Of a stretch of DNA of 64,000 nucleotides, positions 57,587 through 64,000 are shown one piece after another. The notes beneath the pieces are model-generated. The model worked only from the letters and a program-made list of their open reading frames with translations, was not told where the DNA came from and did not search any database. The DNA is taken from NCBI GenBank assembly GCA_963701995.1, contig OY969693.1, positions 1,025,512-1,089,511 of the forward strand, read 5' to 3'. Position 1 is the first letter of the stretch, and each line of letters begins with the position of its first letter. Source of the DNA: Methanobacteriota archaeon (lineage in GTDB: Archaea; Halobacteriota; Bog-38; Methanoflorentales; Methanoflorentaceae). The translations under genes were made by a program, and so were the position numbers.

Positions 57587-57687
57587 TCAACATAGGGCGG
57601 AGGTAGCCAAGCCAGGTCAAAGGCGCAGGACTTAAGAACCGTTGTTTGAGATATCCTGTTGCGAAGGCATTCGTGGGTTCGAATCCC
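57587..57687 (+). tRNA. tRNA-Leu(UAA) with 16-nt intron
   Basis: Acceptor GCGGAGG/CCTCCGC; D-arm GCCAAGCCAGGTCAAAGGCG like the other Leu tRNAs; anticodon stem CAGGA/TCCTG with loop CTTAAGA and a 16-nt insert. Long variable arm; T-loop TTCGAAT, with one U-U mismatch in the T-stem. Confidence 0.8.
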
Positions 57688-57739
57688 TCCCTCCGCACTT
57701 CTGTCAAATGAGGGGCTATTTTGGTGCACGCGAACGCAA

Positions 57740-58573
57740 TCAACGTATCGCGTTTGCTAGATATCTGATAGCAGAGACGACCTCATATGGATTTGCACCC
57801 CAATGAACGACGTAACCCTTCTGTCCAAAAAGTTCGGTGGGTCCGACCCTTGCTGACTTGCAACATTTTACAATGAAGGGTTTGCTCGGTCTTATTGTTT
57901 TCGTCGGACAGATGTTGACGTGTTTGAATTCCAGCCCGTTGACTCGCGCTTCAAGTACTTGTTTCGAAATATCGCACCCTAGTAGAACGGCGTGCTCACC
58001 GACGTGAATGTCGCGGTTGTTGAGGCAGTTTGGCCCAATTCCTGACGCTGAGCACGGATAAATCGTGGCGGTGGAGCGTCTTAGATCTTGTATGACTGGC
58101 GTAAAACGAACGGATAGGTCTCCAAAAATGCCAGCACTGTCGAGTTTCTTGATGAGCGAGATGAGGTATGGTGGATCTGGAGGGGATACGTCGAATACCT
58201 CAATCTCGGTTACGCTGGTGAGGTCGGGGTCATAAACGAACGTCCAATGAAAATCAAATCCTTGATAGACGACTGCTTTTATGGGGGGCTTACACAGTCG
58301 GGTTGCTACGGCAATTAGCCTGCTTCTGTTGAAGATGTCGATCTTGCGTCTATACACTAGAGTTTCGGCAAAGCCTGCAATCCTGTTGGCCTTCCATATC
58401 GTTCGGATTAAGCCGTTCCCCTCTAATTCGAGTTCGTAAACTGCGACTTTTCCTTGCCAAAACAGCAGGACATAGCGCGATGAGAAGTAGATGTGCTCAC
58501 CGGCTGTTGGCGGAGAGGTTTCATCATCGCATTCTCTTACAGCGACGTCCTTACAATGATCGGGAAAAATCAC
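57740..58573 (-). CDS. hypothetical Cys-rich 277-aa protein, co-oriented with and 4 nt downstream of leuB
   Basis: Long ORF with a coding-like composition and many Cys (HCKDVAVRECDD, CSASGIGPNC, VKCCKS) but no motif I can assign. Confidence 0.3.
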   Translation of the reverse strand: MIFPDHCKDVAVRECDDETSPPTAGEHIYFSSRYVLLFWQGKVAVYELELEGNGLIRTIWKANRIAGFAETLVYRRKIDIFNRSRLIAVATRLCKPPIKAVVYQGFDFHWTFVYDPDLTSVTEIEVFDVSPPDPPYLISLIKKLDSAGIFGDLSVRFTPVIQDLRRSTATIYPCSASGIGPNCLNNRDIHVGEHAVLLGCDISKQVLEARVNGLEFKHVNICPTKTIRPSKPFIVKCCKSARVGPTELFGQKGYVVHWGANPYEVVSAIRYLANAIR

Positions 58574-58577
58574 GTTG

Positions 58578-59534
58578 TCACCTTATATTACGTATTATTT
58601 CGCGCGCTACCTCGTTGGTCGAACTCGTACCGCCTAGGTCCCGCGTCGTGATGCCTTTGCTTATCGTCTGCTTGACCGAAACGTCTACTAAGGAGGCTTT
58701 TTCGCATTCGCCTGCCCATTCAAGCAGCATTGTGGCACTCAGAATAGCCCCTATTGGGTTTGCTATGCCGCGCCCAGCGATGTGGGGCGCCGACCCGTGC
58801 ACAGGCTCAAAAATGGCGAATTTCGGTCCGATGTTCGCACTCGGACAAAGCCCGAGGCCTCCGATAAGCGCTGCAGCTTCATCGGACAGAATATCGCCAA
58901 ATATATTCGACGTCAGGATGTGATCGAAGGTCTCAGGGTGTCTTATAAGATTGTATGCAGCTGTGTCGACGTACATCTCGTTATAGGGCACGTCGTGCTC
59001 CTGTAAAACACGTACGCAGACATCTCGAAAGAAAATATCCGACTTGAGCACGTTTGCCTTATGCACTATCGTAACTGTTTTTACGTTGCGCAAGGTGCTC
59101 GCGAACGACGCAAGCCTTTCCACATTAGCCCGAGTAACCACTCGCTGCGTGACGGCGATGTCATCAGAAAGCTCTTCGATGCCGGAGTACAACCCCTCGA
59201 GGTTCTCTCGTATTATAGTGAGGTTCAATTCATAGGGGGTCAGAGAGTAAGATCGAAAAGGTCGCAAATTCACGAAGAGATCGAGTGTTTTTCGTAGTCT
59301 GACGAGCACGCTACTCCCTTGAACGCTGGTTACAGCCCCCAAGAGCATGCAATCGGCTTGTGCAATTAAATCGATATCTGCATCGGTTATTGGTGTGCCT
59401 TCTCTAGCCCATTTGGCGTAGCCTATGTCAACGTGGATGAATTCTGGATCATTCAGTAATAGAGTGAGAATCTCAACACAAGGGGGTATGACCTCTTTGC
59501 CGACCCCATCTCCCTCTGCAACAGCGATTCTCAT
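58578..59534 (-). CDS. leuB: 3-isopropylmalate dehydrogenase (beta-decarboxylating dehydrogenase family)
   Basis: MRIAVAEGDGVGKEV N-terminus, GSAPHIAGRGIANP, and context with leuC/leuD. Confidence 0.8.
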   Translation of the reverse strand: MRIAVAEGDGVGKEVIPPCVEILTLLLNDPEFIHVDIGYAKWAREGTPITDADIDLIAQADCMLLGAVTSVQGSSVLVRLRKTLDLFVNLRPFRSYSLTPYELNLTIIRENLEGLYSGIEELSDDIAVTQRVVTRANVERLASFASTLRNVKTVTIVHKANVLKSDIFFRDVCVRVLQEHDVPYNEMYVDTAAYNLIRHPETFDHILTSNIFGDILSDEAAALIGGLGLCPSANIGPKFAIFEPVHGSAPHIAGRGIANPIGAILSATMLLEWAGECEKASLVDVSVKQTISKGITTRDLGGTSSTNEVAREIIRNIR

Positions 59535-59577
59535 GTGCATTGAGTAACAAACCGCTCGCTGAATCCGCCCAGACCCG

Positions 59578-60084
59578 TTAAGGATCATTCACTCGCGGAC
59601 TCGCGGTGCGCGGATGCCTCTTTCTATGTTCGACTAACCCACCATCTTCGAGGATCTCTTGCAGGAATTTGGGGAGCTCCTCACCTCGTACGACTCTGCT
59701 GCGGGTTCTCACAAGCCCCGAAGATAAGTCGACCTCAATCTCATCACCCGCTGCAACAGAATCAAGGACGTCTGCTTCGATAATTGGCAATCCTACATTG
59801 ATTGCATTTCTGAAAAAGATCCGAGCGAAAGATTTCGCAACGATACATCCGATCTTGGCGTATTTGAGCGCAAGCGCTGCCTGCTCTCGCGACGACCCAC
59901 AACCAAAGTTCTTGCCGGCAACTATTATGTCTCCATCATGCGGTGAAAATTCCGCACCAGTGCCCTCCATTGCGTGTTGTGCGAAGACGTTAACGTCAGT
60001 CGTTCTCAGATACTTACCGGGTAGGATCAAATCAGTGTTGACATTATCGCCATATTTCCACACTTTTCCCCTGATGAGCATCAT
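59578..60084 (-). CDS. leuD: 3-isopropylmalate dehydratase small subunit
   Basis: [21 protein letters not shown] canonical LeuD N-terminus; 168 aa. Confidence 0.9.
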   Translation of the reverse strand: MMLIRGKVWKYGDNVNTDLILPGKYLRTTDVNVFAQHAMEGTGAEFSPHDGDIIVAGKNFGCGSSREQAALALKYAKIGCIVAKSFARIFFRNAINVGLPIIEADVLDSVAAGDEIEVDLSSGLVRTRSRVVRGEELPKFLQEILEDGGLVEHRKRHPRTASPRVNDP

Positions 60085-60202
60085 AGTCTACTTGAAGATG
60101 TACCGATATAAAGCATATGGGGATTGCCAAGGCACGCAGATTCGACTAGGAGCGCAAAAAGCCTGACGAAGTGTTTAATAGTTCCGAAACAACTTTGTTG
60201 CC

Positions 60203-60538
60203 ATGTCATTGCTATTGTCAGCGCAAGAAGAATACCTAATTAATCAAAAAATAGCTTTTCTCACTCATAAGGTCCAGCACAACGCGCAAGAGATTGAACA
60301 AGAGATCGACGAAAAAGTGTGGAAGCTAGACGTCGAAAAAATCGACACCAGTGAGTTCATGGCGACGCTTGTGGTGCGAGAGCCGATGATTTCAATCAGT
60401 ACCGGCGACATTGTGACCTACAAAGGTGTCCCGAGAAAATTTACGGTTAGAAGCCCATCGCTTGAATATCTCCTCGACGCCGTTGAAAAGATCCTGATGG
60501 AACAAATTGAGGAAATCAAGAGAGACGCCAGCGTTTGA
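60203..60538 (+). CDS. hypothetical small acidic protein (111 aa) on the opposite strand between leuC and leuD
   Basis: Clean ORF with helical/charged character (QEIEQEIDEKVWKLDVEKID...) in an otherwise empty 487-nt gap; no recognisable family. Confidence 0.3.
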   Translation: MSLLLSAQEEYLINQKIAFLTHKVQHNAQEIEQEIDEKVWKLDVEKIDTSEFMATLVVREPMISISTGDIVTYKGVPRKFTVRSPSLEYLLDAVEKILMEQIEEIKRDASV

Positions 60539-60571
60539 ATCCCGTGATTGACGGAGTGATAGGCGATTTCT

Positions 60572-61837
60572 CTATGACTGTCGCGGATCAGCGATCTCGC
60601 CTTTGAGGGCCGTCGCTGCGGCTGTAGCGGGAGAGGCAAGGTATACGAGCCCCTCAGCCCCCATCCTCCCCTTGAAATTTCTGTTGGAAGTTGAAAGACA
60701 GGCCTCCCCCCGTCCCAGAACCCCGTTATGCGCGCCGAGACATGGCCCGCACCCGGGACTGCAAACGGTAGCCCCAGCTTGAATTAATGTCTCCAGGACC
60801 CCCGTTCGTATAGAATTTAATAGCACGAGCTTCGACGCTGGAACGACGATCGTCCTTACGGCAACTGTCTCACCGCGCAGAATGCTCGCTGCCGCCTGAA
60901 GATCTTCAAAACGTCCATTCGTGCACGAACCTATGAACACTTGGTCAATAGCTGTGCCCACTACCTCTTCGACATCCTTCACGTTGTCCACGTGATGGGG
61001 ACAAGCGACCTGAGGCCCCAAGTCATCGACCTCGACGTTCAGCTCATCAGCGTACACGGCATTGTCATCAGAATAACATGGCTGGCACTCCACTTGTGGT
61101 GTAAGGCGCTTAAGGTACGCAAAAGTCTTGCGATCTGGAGGCACGATGCCTGCTTTCGCGCCTACTTCGACTGCCATATTGCTCAGAGTAAGCCTACTTT
61201 CCAAGGTTAGGTCGGCCGTCGTTGTACCATAGAATTCCAGAGCTTTGTACGACGCGCCATCGGCCCCCATAATCCCTGCAATGTTAAGAATCACGTCTTT
61301 GGCGGTTACGTGGTCTCGGAGTTTTCCGTTGAGCACAATCTTCAGCGTTTCAGGCACCTTCAACCACAGCGTTCCTGTTGCAAACACCTCTGCGATGTCG
61401 GTCGCACCCACTCCTGTTGCGAAAGCTCCCAGTGCTCCGTATGTGCAAGAGTGCGAATCCGCTCCGACAACCAAGGTGCCTGGAAGGGCGAGCCCGTTCT
61501 CGACCATGAGTTGATGGCATATCCCATCACCGACGTCAAAGAAGCTCGTAATTCTGTGGCGTTTTGTCCACGTGCGGATTGTTTTTTGAAGGGTCGCGGC
61601 TATCTCCGTGCTAGCTGGGGCAATATGGTCAAAGACAATGGTGACCCTGTGTGGATCCCAAACAGAGGAAGCGCCCATGTCCTCGAATGCTTTTACGGCA
61701 AGCACACTCGTGCCATCGTGGGCCATTGCTGCGTCAACACGCGCCAGAATAAAATCCTTAGCGCTAGCCGCTTTTCCTGACGCCTTGGAGAGAATCTTCT
61801 CGCTAATAGTTCTTGGAGCATCCAAAGCGCTCTTCAC
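60572..61837 (-). CDS. leuC: 3-isopropylmalate dehydratase large subunit (aconitase family)
   Basis: Aconitase-family Cys ligands ([17 protein letters not shown]) and LeuC size of 421 aa. Confidence 0.9.
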   Translation of the reverse strand: MKSALDAPRTISEKILSKASGKAASAKDFILARVDAAMAHDGTSVLAVKAFEDMGASSVWDPHRVTIVFDHIAPASTEIAATLQKTIRTWTKRHRITSFFDVGDGICHQLMVENGLALPGTLVVGADSHSCTYGALGAFATGVGATDIAEVFATGTLWLKVPETLKIVLNGKLRDHVTAKDVILNIAGIMGADGASYKALEFYGTTTADLTLESRLTLSNMAVEVGAKAGIVPPDRKTFAYLKRLTPQVECQPCYSDDNAVYADELNVEVDDLGPQVACPHHVDNVKDVEEVVGTAIDQVFIGSCTNGRFEDLQAAASILRGETVAVRTIVVPASKLVLLNSIRTGVLETLIQAGATVCSPGCGPCLGAHNGVLGRGEACLSTSNRNFKGRMGAEGLVYLASPATAAATALKGEIADPRQS

Positions 61838-62033
61838 CGTGTACTATTTGCTGCCCGTTGATGATCAACCTATGTTTTGATCAACCAGCCGCGAGGCGTT
61901 GGAGTGCTGACGTCAACCTAAGCAACTAAGACTGAAGCGGACGGCCCCTGTGTGGACTGGTTGATCTCTGAAGACTAGTAACGTATTTAAGTTGCGGCTA
62001 TGAATGTGTAAAGCGAACTTCATCGGGTCGTTT

Positions 62034-63188
62034 ATGAATCCTTTTGGATCTTCTTCATTGCCTAAGGCAGCTATTGGCCAGATAGAGATTTGTGACGTCA
62101 CGCTGCGTGACGGTGAGCAGGCTCCCGGTGTCGTTTTTGGCGTTGACGAAAAAGTTGAGATTGCGACAAAGCTTGACGCAGTTGGCGTTGAGATGATAGA
62201 GGCCGGTTTTCCCGCCGTTTCAGCGAAAGAAAAGGCTATGGTGAAAAAAATTGCTAATTTGGGTCTAAACACCAAGATATGCTGCCTTTCGCGAGCGATT
62301 TTCCACGACATCGATGAAGCGTTAGATTGCGATGTGGATGTGGTGGGTCTGTTCATGGCTACCTCAGATCTGCATCTCAAGCACAAGTATCATCGCAGTT
62401 TTGATGAAATGCTGGAGTGCGCACTGTCAACGCTCGAATATGCAAAGGAACACGGGCTCATTGTGAGGTTTGCGGCAGAAGACGCGACTAGGACTGATCC
62501 AGAAGTGCTTAAGCGCTTTTTTAGACAAGGTGAGGAGCACGGGGCTGATTATGTTAACATCGCAGATACCGTCGGTGCGCTGAGGCCGTCCACGTGCTAC
62601 GATCTGGTATCTGCGATGAAAACGGTCGTTAACCTGCCGCTTTGCATTCATTGCCATAACGATCTCGGTATGGCCGTAGCAAACACTATAACGGCTGCAG
62701 AAGCCGGGGCGTTTCAACTCCACACAACGGTGAACGGGATAGGGGAACGAGTCGGAAACACCCCGCTTGAGGAACTTCTTGTCGCGCTGCGCCTGCAGTT
62801 TGGAATCGATACCTACGACCTTTCGAAATTGATGGGGCTGTCCAAAACAGTCGAACATCATTCACGATTGCGCTTGCCGAAGAACAAACCGGTCGTCGGG
62901 TTGAATGCATTCTCTCATGAATCTGGCATACACGTAGCGGCCGTGCTGGAGGAGGCCGAGACGTATGAACTATTCTCGCCTGACTTAGTAGGCAACAAGA
63001 GACGAATCGTCATTGGCAAGCACACCGGAAAAAAAGCCCTGCAGTACGTCATCGCTCAGTTAGGCTACCGACCCACCCGGGATGAGCTCTGTCAGATCCT
63101 CGACGACGTAAAACGCGTTTGTGAGACAAAGAAATCAGTCTCTCAGGAGGAGCTCGAGGATATAATCAGAACCGTGATGTACCGATAG
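62034..63188 (+). CDS. leuA: 2-isopropylmalate synthase / homocitrate-citramalate synthase family, short form without LeuA regulatory domain
   Basis: IEICDVTLRDGEQAPGV DRE TIM-barrel motif, HCHNDLGMAVANT; only about 385 aa, so the C-terminal allosteric domain is absent. Confidence 0.8.
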   Translation: MNPFGSSSLPKAAIGQIEICDVTLRDGEQAPGVVFGVDEKVEIATKLDAVGVEMIEAGFPAVSAKEKAMVKKIANLGLNTKICCLSRAIFHDIDEALDCDVDVVGLFMATSDLHLKHKYHRSFDEMLECALSTLEYAKEHGLIVRFAAEDATRTDPEVLKRFFRQGEEHGADYVNIADTVGALRPSTCYDLVSAMKTVVNLPLCIHCHNDLGMAVANTITAAEAGAFQLHTTVNGIGERVGNTPLEELLVALRLQFGIDTYDLSKLMGLSKTVEHHSRLRLPKNKPVVGLNAFSHESGIHVAAVLEEAETYELFSPDLVGNKRRIVIGKHTGKKALQYVIAQLGYRPTRDELCQILDDVKRVCETKKSVSQEELEDIIRTVMYR

Positions 63189-63999
63189 CTCCGGAGTTTT
63201 GACGAGGACCGTACTTTGAGCAGGTGGCCCGTATAACGACGACGAGCGTTCCTGTCGAGTTGCTCACGGCTCGCAGAAGATCTACAAATGACATTTCATT
63301 CATATCCGTTGCGTCCACTAACTTGTAAGTGATACCATAGTTTCGGCATAGGGCACCGATCAAATCAGAGATCTCGGGCGTCGGCTGCCCCCCCGTTATG
63401 GCTGATATTCGGTTTTCGAGCACAAACACCTTTACGTTCCGCTTAAACACTGCCGCGCTCGTTAGTGCTGCGATGCCGCTGTGTAAGAACGCGTAGTCTC
63501 CTAGTATTGCAAGTCCGCCTTGTTCAAACCCCGAAGCCACGCCAATTGCTGAGCCGAGTGAATAAGCTACGTCGATCAATTTAAAAGGTGGATTGGCGGT
63601 CCGTATTATGCAGCCCATGTCCCCCGCAATCATCGCATCAACTTGGCCCAGAGCGCGGTAGAAAGGCAAGAAGGGGCAATCATCGCAGATGTCTTCCGTG
63701 TAACGTCTGGTTTCGAGTGTCTCGACATCAAACCGTGCCGATATGTAATCTGCCTCAATATAGGTCAACGCTTGAGTCACATCGTTGGATGTTAGCTCAC
63801 CGAAGCGGGGCACGTGTCCAGACAGTTTGCCGAGGACTTTCGCGTGAATGGATTCTTCAATAAGCGGTGAGCTCTCTTCGACGACTAGGACTCGGTTGTG
63901 CTCTTCAAGAAACGAATCAATTCGGCGCTCACATAGCGGGTTGACAATGCCGAGTCTGAGGTGCGCTACATCGTCTCGTCCCTGGATTGCATCATCCAC
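63166..63999 (-). CDS. iorA: indolepyruvate/2-oxoacid:ferredoxin oxidoreductase alpha subunit (IorA-like), C-terminal part; N-terminus beyond window end
   Basis: TPP-binding GDYAFLHSGIAALTSAAVFKRNVKVFVLENRISAITGGQ and CDDCPFLPFY Cys motif. The ORF is open at the window edge. Confidence 0.5.
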   Translation of the reverse strand: MDDAIQGRDDVAHLRLGIVNPLCERRIDSFLEEHNRVLVVEESSPLIEESIHAKVLGKLSGHVPRFGELTSNDVTQALTYIEADYISARFDVETLETRRYTEDICDDCPFLPFYRALGQVDAMIAGDMGCIIRTANPPFKLIDVAYSLGSAIGVASGFEQGGLAILGDYAFLHSGIAALTSAAVFKRNVKVFVLENRISAITGGQPTPEISDLIGALCRNYGITYKLVDATDMNEMSFVDLLRAVSNSTGTLVVVIRATCSKYGPRQNSGAIGTSRF

Positions 64000-64000
64000 C

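Noticed and set aside
1-63999. CRISPR arrays, IS elements, integrases or large direct/inverted repeats
   Set aside because: No regularly spaced short repeats, transposase/integrase ORFs or terminal inverted repeats were seen. The only notable dispersed repeat is the shared tRNA-Leu backbone.

Overview
This 64-kb window is archaeal (euryarchaeal-type) chromosome, about 52% GC and densely coded on both strands, with no obvious mobile elements or CRISPR array. Evidence for the archaeal call: an RNA polymerase N/K/D plus ribosomal-protein cluster carrying embedded tRNAs, three intron-bearing tRNAs, an RtcB/archease pair, alternative mevalonate-pathway genes (MVK, IPK, IDI-2, GGPPS), DacZ, an EndoQ-like nuclease and a PGF-CTERM protein.

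Main blocks, in order:
1. Positions 1-4.3 kb: a partial metE-like gene, an AI-2E permease, a dUTPase-like pyrophosphohydrolase convergent with an EndoQ-like PHP nuclease, a DacZ-type diadenylate cyclase, and an intron-containing tRNA-Leu(UAG).
2. Positions 4.9-24 kb: a surface-glycan / UDP-sugar island. It holds glmM, two GlmU-like paralogues, wecB, an AglH/MraY-like phosphotransferase, a 776-aa polytopic protein, a Wzx flippase, a GT4, a CapD-like dehydratase, two hexapeptide acyltransferases, a radical-SAM protein and an NAD epimerase. It also holds a PIG-L/LmbE deacetylase translationally coupled to an unassigned 537-aa protein.
3. Positions 24.3-33.8 kb: grpE-dnaK-dnaJ, nadE, trm5, dph5, two small conserved archaeal ORFs, dph6 and a DUF2070 membrane protein.
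4. Positions 33.8-47.3 kb: a long co-directional minus-strand array. In transcription order it runs rps13-rps4-rps11-rpoD-tRNA-Leu-rpl18e-rpl13-rps9-rpoN-tRNA-Pro-rpoK-enolase-like-rps2-Memo-MVK-IPK-IDI2-RNaseJ-GGPPS-GluRS.
5. Positions 47.4-49.7 kb: tRNA-Ser, an unannotated SRP (7S) RNA, RtcB and archease.
6. Positions 49.8-56.7 kb: a riboflavin reductase, a second glycosylation trio (UPF0104 flippase-like, GT2, GT4), a PGF-CTERM thioredoxin-like surface protein, purS, purQ and rfbB.
7. Positions 57-64 kb: intron-containing tRNA-Glu and tRNA-Leu(UAA), an unknown Cys-rich protein, leuB, leuD, a small opposite-strand ORF, leuC, a short LeuA-family synthase and a partial IorA.

Most notable by eye: a catalytically degenerate enolase homologue sitting in the conserved ribosomal cluster; the deacetylase plus 537-aa pair, a possible BshB/BshC-like amine-acylation module; an SRP RNA recognised through its helix-8 motif; and a radical-SAM protein embedded in the glycan island.
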